A stretch of 64,000 nucleotides of DNA, taken from NCBI GenBank assembly GCA_012026655.1, contig JAAILG010001539.1, positions 1-64,000 of the forward strand, given 5' to 3'. This stretch comes from Hydrolagus affinis. Taxonomy: Eukaryota. The notes beneath the pieces were generated by a model. The model saw nothing but the letters and a program-made list of their open reading frames with translations. It was not told the DNA's origin and ran no database searches. A program made the position numbers and the translations under genes. This document shows positions 46,296 through 58,937 of the stretch, piece by piece. The first letter of the stretch is position 1. Every line of letters begins with the position of its first letter.

Positions 46296-48919
46296 GAACC
46301 TGGGTGGAGCTCAGGCATTATTTGCCTTCACTGCTCTATATAGGGCAGGGCTTTCCCAGCCATTTCTAGGGTAGGTTCTAAATACCAGTAAACTCCGGGA
46401 GGTGAGTGGGGCCAACAGTGCCTGATTATTGAGGTTTTAATGTAGTCTTTTACCTTGCTCTAATTGGGTGTGACTTTGAACTACACTGTACAGCAAGCAC
46501 AATCCACCTGACATCCACTACTGATTAACTGGCTTCCTGCACTAAAAATGTCCAACTTTCCAGCCATTAAATTACCGCTGTATCATAAGCAATGTTACCG
46601 TTACCACTATGCGCTCAGTGCAGGAATCTCTGTCACATCACTCTGTGAATGAAGCAATGTCGGAGACAAGCAGACATCCCTAGAAGTCGGTCTTTTTTTG
46701 CAGTTGATATGGGGGTATAATGCGGGTTCTGAGATGTGGGCACCAGACTTAACAGTTCTGGATTTGTACAACAAAAACTACTGAAAAACAAAGCTCACCT
46801 CTGCTCCAAGATGAATGAATGAACCAAGTTCCTTCAATTTTTCTTTGAAGCTCTTGGATTTCAGCCCATAATGATCTGAACCTATTAGTAAACCAACAAC
46901 TTCTAAAAACAAACAAATAACTCAAACCTGCAATAGATTGATTGTCTGAACCTGTTTTGTCTGTTAATTGTTAATTAATTGTTAATCAACCCAAATTTCC
47001 ATCTCGATAAGGTTTCTTTCAAAGAGTAAATCAATGTTGACCTGAAGCCAGTCATTTGCAAAGATCTATCAACAAATTGTTCTTTGACTACAAAAAATAA
47101 AATCGCCAAGCTTTTATTTCCCTTTGTGCAACTTGTTTCTGGCCTCGATGGGGCATTTCCCTGAGAGGAGGAAAAAGTTGGATGAGGCCAAGTTGCCTGA
47201 GCTGTTCTCAGACACCTCCAGATTGATCTAGCCACTGGGACATTAACAGAAATCCTAAGAACAGGTCATATAAGGTGTTTTTTGAGGTGGAATGGTTTGG
47301 AGTTGGAAAAAAATGAACACCTTCCTTGGTGTATTGTTATTAGCTAGATTGCTGTGACCTGTTTGATGAAAGATTGCAGTAAAATTATACATGCGAGCAA
47401 GGCTCCCCTAACAATCTGTATGGCTGAATAGATGGAGATTAATGGTTTTGCTGTACAGCAGTTTCCGTCTTTGCATAATTGTTTTGTGAGGGTTGCAATG
47501 GTTCCAATATTCTGATTGCAGCGTAATGATAATTTAATGTGAACATTTGAAGGTATTAAATTCTATGAGGGTGCCATGGTTACAGTACTATCGTTCATTC
47601 CTACCCCCAATTATCAGCACATCTTGATAGTCTTAATGTTCAGTTCTAATTCCAGCATTGAACTTGCAGGATCATGTGACGGCAACTTTTAGATATTTTT
47701 TTAAATATAGTCTATTGATTGCAGCATGCAATCGCTTTCAAAACTCATTGAAATGGTTGGTAAATGAAGTTTGTTGGAGACTATTGTTCACTCATTGACT
47801 TTATATATTGTGCCAATTATATGATTGTAGCTGGTAATTATAAGAATGTAACTCCTGTTCCTCTTTCCCCCTCAGCTAATTCAGACTTGCTGGGCATTCC
47901 CTCTCACACTCCACTCCACCATCGCTGGGCAATCCTTCAGTTTTTACATCCCTGACCTCTGGAACTTTCTCCCTCTGCCACACCTTCTCGCCCACTCCCT
48001 TTCTGTTTATAAATCCACCACAAAATGCTAACTCTTCAAAATGTGCCTATGACCACCTCACAGACTTTGTGTTGTCAGGGCTGTACCGCCTTTCAATTAT
48101 ATTCTTGTCCCTCTACCATAATTGCACATAAAGTGAAAGAGTCTTATTTTGCACAAACTCAATGTTCATGGACTATCTATGCCAAGCATCATTAGAAAGA
48201 GCTAGAGCATTAATTAAAACCAGGTGACTGTGACAGTTTTTGAGACATTATTTTCTGATGACTTTCTGCTGCCCTCTCGCAAAATAATTTGGGGGGGATT
48301 TGATATTTTTACCTCCAGAGAGTGCGAACACTTTAGTTGAATGGCTGCTCTCTTACAATTTTTCTCAGTTGCAGGTAAAATAATGAAGTCACTGCCTGGC
48401 CATTTTTTCTCAGGTGAGGCCGCACTTTTGTTTCTAACAGAGGCAGGTAGCTGCTTCTTACAATCTGTAAATGACAGTACTGTATAGTGATTTCATGTTT
48501 CCAAAAAGAAAATTGAAATGGTTTCATTCCCCTTCCCTCAAGCCTGCATTTCACAACCTAACATAAATTTTCAGTCAGGTCCCCAATCTCTTGTCAGTCA
48601 ATGCACTGATTGAGGTGTTAAAAATAAATTCTCTGACAGCAACACCTGGGCCTCATGTGCTGACAAGTTGTGGCAGCATTGGCACTATTCTCATGAACTC
48701 CCACATGGTTTGGTTAAGTAGAATAGTATTCTATGCTGTAGACACTAAACAGTGTGACGGTACAGTGCTCGCTGTGTCCTAGACATGACCAGACTGGCAG
48801 CTTCAACAGCAATTTTCAGGTCAAGGCCTAATAACATTTTAATCCAATAGGAGTACAATAAAAAAAAACACAATAGTTAAAGGTTACCTTCATTTTAATA
48901 ATAACCCTGTATTTACACA

Positions 48920-49180
48920 ATGCAATGCAACGTACATTTCCATAGGACTTTTCATGTTGGGAAGACTCCCAAAGCGAGTTTACAGTGCTGGATGTGCACC
49001 CAAGCTAAGGGTGGGAACCAGGTAGTGAGTACGCAGAGAGGAAAGATGACCGAAAGTTCAGTCAAAGAGGTATATTTGAGAATTGCCCTGAAAAGGAGGA
49101 GGGAGGGAGCGAGTTGCAGGGCTCATGGCTGGCATTCCAGAAACTGGATGGAACGTATACAAAAGTACTGACAGCAAATG
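48920..49180 (-). mobile_element. Decayed L2 3' end
   Basis: acatttccataggacttttcatgttgggaagactcccaaagcg...ggcattccaga. Confidence 0.6.
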
Positions 49181-49284
49181 TCAGCAAATGAAGATGCTGA
49201 TAAACAGCCAGGGGTTCTTTGTGTCAAAAGTCACAGAGGTTGAGGGAAATCCATATGCTCAGGTAATTAGAACATTCAGAAAAG

Positions 49285-49897
49285 ACAGTGTAATAAATAA
49301 AGCTGTGAGCATTTTTACACCGCACGGTATGGGTCTTGGCAGAAAAGGGGTTTAGGTACTGAATGAAGAAAGTACTTTGGTGTAACTGTTCCATGTTGCC
49401 ACAATAGATCTGGTTCAAGGAGTTCAATGGGTGACTGATTTGCTTTGTTTTGTTTCATCCGCTTAGTTCAGCAGTGCAGACCTGCTGTCAGACCCAAAGC
49501 AATGACTTTTGCTCTCGGCTACGGCACAGTCTGATTTAACAGCATGCAAGGACGGAATATGATTGCATTTCATTAACTTAACTATTGTTGAGCGTTAAGA
49601 ATGTTAATCTTTGCTGCATTCAACTGGTGTAATCAAATTACTTTTTATTAAAAGTCCATTCAGAACGATAAGCCCGAGGCTGGATTGTGTAATTTCTGAG
49701 TTGATGCAGGGAGCCAGACTGCATGATGGTGGCAGTTAATCAATGACAGTCCAGTGCTAGTATCGGGAAGAATTTTTTTTCTAAGTAATAGATTCATTGT
49801 CTGTAGATAGTCACTATGGAAATGCTGGCAAGTAGATACCTTCCTGGACCTATTCCGTGCAGAGTACAAATGCTCACAGCTTTATTTATCACACTGT
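49285..49897. mobile_element. Probable ancient non-autonomous DNA transposon with 58-bp TIRs
   Basis: 49285-49342 and 49840-49897 are ungapped inverted repeats, 49/58 identical, beginning (A)CAGTGT. Confidence 0.65.
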
Positions 49898-52239
49898 GAT
49901 TTGGCAACAGCCTTGGTGAAATTCTAAACAAATCCCTTGATGTTTCTCTCTGTGCCCTATCATCATTTTGTGTGATTAGTATGAAATTGTCAAATGGAGT
50001 TGACCCACTGGTTAATTGAAAACCTTTCTGAATAATTTATTGTTGCACCAAAGTTTTCTTGTGATGTACCCCACATTTTCAGATGGGAACAATTGGAAAA
50101 AGGGAGTAGAATGCTTAGGTAACCACTATGCACAGCTTACAAAATACACTCACTAGGAATTCACGGTAAATACTGCAAAGTGTTTTGAGACATCCTGCCG
50201 TGCATATCACAGGCAAGGATGATTATTAATACTGAAGCTCTCTGGGCCTCCGATCACGGAAAACCTCTAACTTGCTCCCTCTCTCACCTCATTCAATGTC
50301 CATTCAAGTGCTCTGGGATGCTACCCTGCATGAAGAGCTCTATATAAAGGCAAGTTGTTGTAGTTGATGTACCTGTTTGACCACATTACCCTCCCCATCC
50401 CTTTCAGCTTTCACCCCAGCCTAGGTGCCCAACCAGCCGTTTTATGCACTATTAAGATTCCTTACTGACGTGAAAGGCACTACATGGATGACAAATTTAA
50501 GCATCTTCATGATACAAATCCTCAAAGGACAAATACAATCTTTATTTGATAGTTATTGGTGAAATTGGGGGAGATAAAGTGATAGAAAAAGCACAAATCG
50601 CTCCAGAGTTTAAACTGTGTTGCAGTTCAATTGGTTGAACTATTTGTCAGGGCGTTATTTTTGTGATAGGTCGGAAGGTGTGGATTTATGCTCCATGTGG
50701 ACCTTATGGTCTGGGCTGAATTAAGTTCTACATTTACATCATAGAAAAATAACAATCTACAGCACAGAAGGAAGTCCATGTCACTGAGCAAGGAGATCAA
50801 TATAATGCCATCTCCTTGTCTTATCTATATACCCTCAAGCTTATCTCTTATAAATACCTGTCTACCCATTGAAAGCTATAGGCACCCACAAAGCACAGTC
50901 AATCCACTTTTCAATATATTCCACGAAGCACTTTGAGACAGCTCAATAAAGAAGCATTATATCAAATGCAAGGATTATTATTATTAGTCATACATCAGTT
51001 ATTTTTATTAGATACAATTAAGGGATGGGAGAAATATGGAAAGTAATAATTATTACAAACACATGTTTTGTGTCCAGGATTTAACAAGTTTGGGATTGAC
51101 TACAACAACCAACCTCTGCAGAATTCATTCTCCCTCCCCAGCCTATTCAAAATTCAGTCTCTGCTATGTTTAAATTTAACATAGCAAGTTAATCTTTTCT
51201 GAAACAAATATTTATCCTTTGAAACAATGAATACTTTTAAGATCTGCATTTAGGCCTCCGTCTGGCAAAGGAGTGCAAAATTGCAAGGATTATCATTGTA
51301 TAAAATTAATGTCCTTCACTGCTTCCCATGCATAACTGGGAATTGAGGGAGGCGTGTGACTTGTGAGTCTGCCAAGAAAGAGACGCCTCAAGGGATGAGG
51401 TCCAATGATTCGCCCCCATTTTGGATGACTGCCTGTTTATTCGAATGTTCGGGATGAACTACATTCACACAATGAGGAAGGCCATACAATAAAGTCGATA
51501 AATCGGAACAGGTCTTCCTAACTTCATAAAGCAATCAAGCTAAAGCTCCAAGGATATCAATGTAACTTAACATTCTACATTATTAACTCTGTTAATAATG
51601 CCTTCCATCGATTCCATGCTCACAGTTTAAGTTTTACTCATGTTCTCTGTAGTATTTGATTGCTGATGTCTCTACTTATCTGTATAATCTTGAATTACTG
51701 ATATAACTAGATTATTCAGAGTTTCCCATATTCCACTCTGTGCATTATTGAATGCTGCTGTACAGTACAAGTGTGACAACTTGGCTCAGTCTGTATTGTC
51801 ATACTCTCTCTTGGTCGCAGATTTGTGGATTTGAGCTCTCTTGATTTTTGAGCTCCTAATTGAGAACAAAACAACAGAGCAGCACTGGAAGAATATATTA
51901 CAGTATACGCTAGGGTGCTGTGTTTTGGATGCCATTCTTCAGGTGGACCTTAAAAATCTCATGAAATTATTCAAAACGAGAGGGGGAATTTACTATATTT
52001 ATGAGTCATAGAACCATAGAAATTTATGGTACAAAAGAAAGCTGTTTGACCCATCACTTCTGTGCTTTTAAAGAGTAATCCCTTCAGTCCCATTTACCAG
52101 ACTTCTACCCATACCCATCATAGTTTGCTCCTTACGGCTGATTATTGGGTCTTGGTGCAAAATGTTCTACAAACATAGCAACTTGCTTTGATAGTGATTA
52201 TTTGTAAAACATTTGGAGATGTTTTGATATTAGATCTAG

Positions 52240-52382
52240 AGAATTAGATCTTTATTTAGGAAGAACATATCTGTTAGGTTATAGGTAGAGAGCTGGGCAG
52301 TGGGATTGAATTGCTCTTTTCAAAGAGCCGGCACAGACACTGAATGGCCTCCTTTTGTGCGTAAGATTCTATAATTCTATGA
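52240..52382 (+). mobile_element. CR1-type 3' end
   Basis: gagctgggcagtgggattg...ctctttt caaagagccggcacagacac..tgaatggcctcctt..gtgc...attctataattctatgat tail. Confidence 0.65.
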
Positions 52383-52464
52383 TATGAGATTTAAAAAAAA
52401 CACTATAAAGATACATGTTCTTTGTTTATTGGAGGACTGAGTTGTTTGCTTGTTAATTCTGGAC

Positions 52465-52730
52465 AGCTACAATGCAATTTACATTTATATAGCGCCTTTC
52501 ACATCTCAAAGTTCCCAATACTGCTGGCTGGGCACCCAAGCTAGGCGTAGGAGCTGAGGTGGAGTGTAGAGAGGGGAAAGATTTACCAAAATTGCAGTCA
52601 GAGAAGTACATTTTGAGACTGGCCTTGATCACATAGAGGGAGAAACCTTGAGGATGGAATTCCAGAGAGTGGAAGCAGAATGGCTGAAAGCTCATCCAGT
52701 CAATCATGGTGGGATGGTTATGGTGGAACA
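52465..52730 (-). mobile_element. L2 3' end (older)
   Basis: acatttatatagcgcctttcacatc...ggatggaattccagagagtggaagcagaatggctgaaagc. Confidence 0.8.
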
Positions 52731-53550
52731 CAAACAACAACAACAAAATTACATTTCTAGAGCACCTTTCATGTCCCAAGGAGCTGAACAGTCAGGTCGG
52801 AACCCGAGCAAGCGCGAGGGGCAGGAGAGAGTTGGGAGGGGAAGAAAAGAGTTAGGAGGGGAGGGAGAGAGTTAGGAGGGGAGGGAGCGAGTTAGGAGGG
52901 GAGGAAGAGAATTGAAAGACAGCAGAAGGCACGATTGAAGAGGAGGGTCTTGAGACCTGCCTTGAAGGAGGCAAGAGAGGAAGCAAAGTGAAGGGACTGT
53001 GGGATGGAGTTCCAGAGTGTGGAGGCAGAAAAGTTGAAAACCCGTCCACCGATGGTAGGGTGGGTCGGGCAAGGACATAGAGCAGAACAGAGGCCGCTGA
53101 ATGGAGGGGGCGGGGAGGTTCATAGGGGGACAGCAGGTTGGAGAGATAGGAGGGGGCAAGTGAGGATGAGGATCTTGAATTCGAACCTCTGGGGGATGAG
53201 GAACCAATGGAGCCGGGCGGAGTTGGGAGTGATATGGTCACGGAGCTTGGTGCAGGAGAGGACACGAGCTACAAAGTTCTGGATGATCTGTAGCTTGTGA
53301 ATGGAAGATCCAGGAAAGCCGACAAGGAGGGACTTTTCATAGTCGGCCTTGATGTGACGAATGCTTGGACAAGGGTTAGGACAGCCTGAGGGGTGAGGCA
53401 GTGGTGGAGTCTGGTGATGTTACGAAGGTGGTGTGAGGCAGTACTGTTCTTGGCGTGGATGTGGGGGAGGAAGGACAGTTCACGGTCAAACAAGACACTC
53501 AGATTCCTGACTGGGTTAGAGAGGTGGAGAGTGCAGCCTTGGATGCTGAG
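52731..53550 (-). mobile_element. L2 LINE 3' ~820 bp
   Basis: ORF 53269-53553 PVRNLSVLFDRELSFLPHI...HHLRNITRL...TLVQAFVTSR; (CAA)n tail. Confidence 0.92.
52829..52908. repeat. 20-bp x4 purine minisatellite in the L2 3' UTR
   Basis: gagttgggaggggaagaaaa / gagttaggaggggagggaga / gagttaggaggggagggagc / gagttaggaggggaggaaga. Confidence 0.9.
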
Positions 53551-53734
53551 CAAACCAGGTTCACTGAATGAAGGGAGAGGAAGAGAAAATGAATAGAGCA
53601 GGGGAGAAGAGAAAGATGGAGGCCAAAAAACAATCTTGACAAGAATTCCAGGATTCAGGTGAACCCTGTGAAGCTACGACATTGACTGTAAGTTCTAATA
53701 TCTAACCATGTGGGTGCCAGTTTAGGTCTGTGGC

Positions 53735-54035
53735 CACTGGATTAGAAGTTTGTGGTTTCAAACCACAACCTCATCGTGAGCTCACAGCCGAGCCTGACAG
53801 TCCAATACAGTGGGAGGAGAAGTGCCCTGCATCAGATAAAACATTAAACATCTGCCAATTCAGATGGTTGTTAAAGATCTCATGATAGTATTCAAAAAGA
53901 GAAGAGTTTCTCCCGGTATCCCGGTAACAATCTTCCAATTTAATTTGTCATTCACTTCTCAGCTGCTTGCAAAACAAAAACACTTTGATATGTTTCAACA
54001 TTATGGGCGCCATATCAAATGCCATATTATTATTC
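53735..54035 (+). mobile_element. Old Deu-core SINE
   Basis: ttagaagtttgtggtttcaaacc...cctgacagtccaatacag...cagatggttgttaaagatctcatgatagtattcaaaaaga. Confidence 0.6.
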
Positions 54036-54639
54036 TATGTTTTGATATAGCGCTTTTCATATAGCTTTACATTCATGTCTTCCAGACGCCTCAAAGCGCT
54101 TCATAGAATATCCTGAAAAGTGAATTGACTGTATGTTTATGGTAATCTTATAAACTACTATTTTTTGTGATATTATTCTTGCTGTCAAATAGAAACAATT
54201 ATACTGTGTGAGAATGGGCTTTCTTGTTTGAATATTTCATTTAGGATACCCTATGAATTCTATTTACATTCATGAATCTGCAATTTGCATTGGATTATGA
54301 GATGCCATGTGTAAAGATTTTACAGAAAGTGTCAACATGTCCCACAAGGACAAGGCTAATCCCAAGTAAAATGTGCTGTATCTCCTCTAGTAACTCGTGA
54401 GTCTATGTAAGTGAATGCTAATTCTCAAGCAGATCACGTGATGTGAAGAGTCCCTGAGGAAAGTTGCACTTTCCGTCTCACAGCTGTCTCCACTGTCTAT
54501 ATTACAGCTGCCTCTCCCAGGTCAGGAGGAGTTGCTGTGTAAAAGATGTCAGGGAAATCACAGCAGGGCTTTCCCACACTAGTACCAGGCTTTAAGAATC
54601 CTTGAAAGCACCCATAACCAGGATTTATAACATTGAATG

Positions 54640-54950
54640 AAGACCTTCACAGGACAGTGCAGTAACAGTGTACTATACTTGTAGGTGAATGTGTCTGCCA
54701 ATTTGCATGCAGCAATGAGCCCACAAATATCCATGCAGTGAATGACTTTCTGGGGGATTGTTGGTCAGGGTACTAGAAGAAACTCCCTTCTCTTTTTGAA
54801 TAATATGGTGGAACGTTTAATGGACATTTGAACAGACAAACGGGACCTTTGTTTATGGCACGTGTAACAATAGCACTCTAATGTCAACCCACATTGCAAG
54901 CTCAAAATTTAAATGTAGAGCTTGAATCTACAATCTTCTGATCCATCAGT
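54640..54950 (-). mobile_element. Old Deu-core SINE
   Basis: gccaatttgcatgcagcaa...gaagaaactcccttctctttttgaata...cttgaatctacaatcttctga. Confidence 0.65.
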
Positions 54951-55136
54951 AGAGGAACTCCACCCAAAAATGGTTTAGCCTATTGAACTGTCGCACACAG
55001 TTTACAAAAAAGGCCTTCAAGTTGTATTTCCTTCATCAATTTATAAGTCCCAATTTAACTAACAACTATTAAATAAATTTTATAATTTGTCCTGTGAACA
55101 TTTGTACCAGGAAGATGCTTTTCACTTGTGTATTAC

Positions 55137-55508
55137 TAATAATAATAATAATTCTTGCATTTGATATTCTGCCTCCTCATGTCTTTGAGACATCTCAAAA
55201 GTACTATATTTCACAGAATATGCCGTAAAGCGAATTGACTGTATATATTATGGGCGAAACGTGGCAGCCAATTGCGCACAGCAGTGTCCTACAAATAGTC
55301 TTGGATTGAACCGACCAGTTTTTTAAAAGAATTGTTTGCCCCGGAATAGCAGCTCGCCAATCAACTAACAATCGGGTTCCTACTTACTACCAGCTAAACA
55401 GAGGCGTGTGGAGTAAGGAAGCATGTCTAATATTTCACCCAGCAGGGAATTGAATCCAGGTCTCTCGCTTGCGAGGCAAGTGCTCTAACCACTGAGCTGT
55501 GGGACTCC
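55137..55508 (-). mobile_element. tRNA SINE, long form, full length
   Basis: Minus strand ggagtcccacagctcagtggttagagcacttgcc...ggattcaattccc...ctctgtttagctggtagtaagtaggaacccg...gctgtgcgcaattggctgcc...(tta)n. Confidence 0.92.
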
Positions 55509-56384
55509 CATTACTATTAGAAAATTGTGGCTGCTCAAAAAATATTTGCAGCAGTGATGTGGCATTAGTAAATAGCATTTGGCATATTAAATCTTTGGCT
55601 ATGCCTGCTTTCTTGTTCTCTCTCATGGCTTCTACCAAATCCATTCAGGCTCCTTTGCAAGATTGAAAGATTTCTTTCCCCCCCCACCACAAAAATAAAT
55701 CAAACAAAATGTAAGAATTTTACGTGCTACATTACTCATTTGTATCCGGTTGTTTCTTGGCGTACATTTCCATGTTTCAGCAGCTTGGAAACGATTGTGT
55801 TCCAACTATTGTAAAATGTTTTGAGTTACTGACCGTTTGGGATCAGGTTCCTTGCACCTGGTTTGGGTTACCAGTTGGCCCTCTGTCCCAATCGCAACCC
55901 ATAAGTGAAAAAAAATCATAATTTCTCCAGCTTCTACAAATGAGTACCTGGTTTAATGACAATTCCCTATACTCAGGTGCTTGGAGATTGCTCCCAACCT
56001 CTTAATAGCTCCCACTGCCCAAAGGCCTTTCTTTGACTGAATCTCCCTTGTGATCTGCCAAGAGGTAGATAGCTTAAACCAGTAGGTGCCATCAATCTTG
56101 GCTTGATACGAACCCAAGACTCTTACAGCAAGCAGGTACCATTAATCTTGGCTATGTTCAAACCCAGCTTCCAGAGTGAATGAACTGTGTGCTAATATAT
56201 TGCAGTTCCAGTTTTCACTTTGAAAACCGCTGTAGAGGTCAATATTTCAATGATGTTCTTGTACTTTGCAATGAACACTTAAAGGTGTGAAGTGTTACCC
56301 TCTTGTGTTCTGGAGAGGTGAGTGGAGTTGGAAAACTGAGATGTGATCACTTGTGTATTACTAATAATAATAAGAAACTTGCAT

Positions 56385-56760
56385 AGTTACATAGAGTGCT
56401 ATGATACGGAAATGACCCATTTGGCCCAATTAGACCATGCCAGTGTTTATACTCTACATGTCCTCACTCCCTGCTATCCTTCTCCCTTACACCCTTCTAT
56501 TCTCTTCCCCCTTATGTACAAATCAAGTGTTCTGTTCACAACAACGTGCATTGCATCCCTTAAATGCTTTGCGGCTTCTTGCTTCAACCATAGCCTCCAC
56601 ATTCTCAGCACCCCTCCACGTGAAGAAGCTTTTCCTAAACTATCTATTCGATCTACTACTGGCTATCTTATATTTACACCTCCTCTGATTTTGGACTCAC
56701 TAAAGAGTGGAAACAGCCAACATCAATGTCCACCTCTTGAAATCCTTTCATAACCTTTTT
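56385..56760 (-). mobile_element. Decayed CR1 3' end
   Basis: ccatttggccc...ccatgccagtgtttatactc...ttccacattctcagcacc..gtgaagaagc.tttcct. Confidence 0.65.
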
Positions 56761-58469
56761 ATGAAAATGCCAAAAACAGAATTTAAATTATTCAGTGAAT
56801 CGCTAATGGTTGCTATAGAAAGCCTACTGCAGCTCTAGGTTCTGAGTGCAATTAGCTGTGTTTACCTGAGGGATAACTACATATATTCTCTGGGGAGTGA
56901 ATAAGTGTGCCGTTATTCCTAGTTCTGTTTGCCTGCAGCTCATTCAAACCTATGTTGCTTCTAACCACCTCTTTGACTTGTATCACAGGTGATGATTTCA
57001 TCACAGTGCTGAGAGAAAAAGCTAACATTCAGTAAACAGTGCATCAGTATGATTTTTGTTAACAAAATTAGTTAAAATCTATACTTCTGCTGTATATTGG
57101 TTTGTAGCAGAGGGAGATTTGAGGGGAATTTTTTTGCACAGATTATTAGGATGTTTCATTCTCTATTGACACATGTATTTTGAGGCAGAATTCGCAATCA
57201 TTTTAAAAAGCAAATTGGATAGATCCCTGAAAAGAAGAAAATATTAAAAGTTCCGGGTGTTGGAAAGGGCAGGAAAATTATACATATACTGTAGTACCAA
57301 GCGATAGTTTCAGAGAGCTAAGAGAGGCAAAATGAGATGAATGGTCTCATTCTGTGTTGTAAATTTCTCTGGTTGTGTAGCATTTAGTGACTTTGTTTTG
57401 GCGGCAAATAGAGCATGCATTCTGTGTGCAGCAAAGTCCCACAAAGAAGCATGAGGTGAATTATTAGTTTTGGCTAGAGGATTGTTGACTGGGATATGTG
57501 GGAAACTCCCTTCACTTTTTGAATAGTGCCATGAGATCTTAAACCTGAAGAAAGGTGGATGAGATCTTGGTTTAATGTCCCGCACTGCAATGCAATACAA
57601 AATACACAATATCCCCTTTTAGTAGTAACTCGTGTGTAACTTTCCCAGTCATGAGTGACCAGGGCAACAGCTGATGGAATAGAAACTGTATCCCATGGTT
57701 CTGCATCCTGTAAATGTCAGTATATAATAGCTACAGAGGTGCATTTCTTTCCGGCAATCTGCAGAGTAATATATTTTTATCAGAATGGAGCAATATAAAA
57801 TAACTCTTAAACGCCAGTACATGCCCAAAGCAGAGTTCCTACTCGTCCAACGTTGATGATTTAGATGTCGGTCCATTCCAATAATGTCCAGTGTGTCGTT
57901 AACAGCTATCTAGTGTTAATGATGGCGTGAGTTGTAATTTTGCCAACAATTACGTCTCTCCTGATATGAATCGTTTCAGTTTAAAATTGAGCCCATTTTG
58001 TTAATGATTTGCACGTGAGATGGATTATAACTGAATTAAAAATAACTAACTCTGATTAAGCAACTCGCATCTAACCTGCTCTAAATCGGTTTCAAGATGA
58101 GTGTTTGCCAAAGCGTTACTTAACTCATTAACTACAGAGTGAGGTGGTGTGACATTCTGCGACCCATATCCGATGAGAGCAGTTTATAGTAATTGTGCGA
58201 ATTGGAACTTTTCTAGACTCAGAGATTGGCGTTAGGGAACTGAAGGTGGCATGTACTTACATTGTCATTAAAATGAAGGCCTAAACCTTCAAGTACATTT
58301 GCATGAGAAATGACATTTTGGATTACAAATCTGAACTAAATTTGACCTCTTCACATTCCCCCGCCATTTCCCTCACCATTTCCCCCGTCACCACACTTTG
58401 TATTTATTTGTGGCTTCTCTCCTGAACCAGTGTTCCTGCCTAATGTGACACATGTCTATTTGCTGTATT

Positions 58470-58550
58470 ATACAACCACCAAATTTGTAGAGCGCCTTTC
58501 ACATTGGATCCCAAGGCGCTGAACAGTCAGGGGTCAGGATCTGAGCAAAC
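58470..58550 (-). mobile_element. L2 tail fragment
   Basis: gagcgcctttcacattggatcccaaggcgctgaacagtcaggggtcaggatctgagc. Confidence 0.8.
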
Positions 58551-58552
58551 AA

Positions 58553-58678
58553 AACCCATCGCCATGTTTAAGAGAATCCAAACCAGTTTGAGATTTCCAC
58601 ACATAGATGGAAAGTGCACTCTCTCCCTGGTAGGATGGATCCACTTACCTAATTCCAAGGAATATTGTTGTTAATATT
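58553..58678 (-). repeat. Unclassified interspersed repeat B, copy 4
   Basis: Reverse complement ggaattaggtaagtggatccatcctaccagggagagagtgcactttccat...ggtttggattctcttaaacatggcgatggg. Confidence 0.75.
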
Positions 58679-58937
58679 TCTCATTTTACTATTATTATTA
58701 GACCTAGGTTCACAGGAGAATACTCCCTGGAATTACATATATAGGATCCATCTTGTTCTCTCTGGTCACCTCTTTATTCCCCCTTCTTTGCTTGACTGTG
58801 ATGTGCTCCATGAGTTATTAATTGTGGAGGTGTACGACAGACTGAATGAGGTCTCAGCAGGCAGGGGAAAGGTGTTGGCAGGCAGGCGATGTTTTGGAGG
58901 TATGGGGAAATCCCAGCTAGTCAGTGCCCAGATGTAG

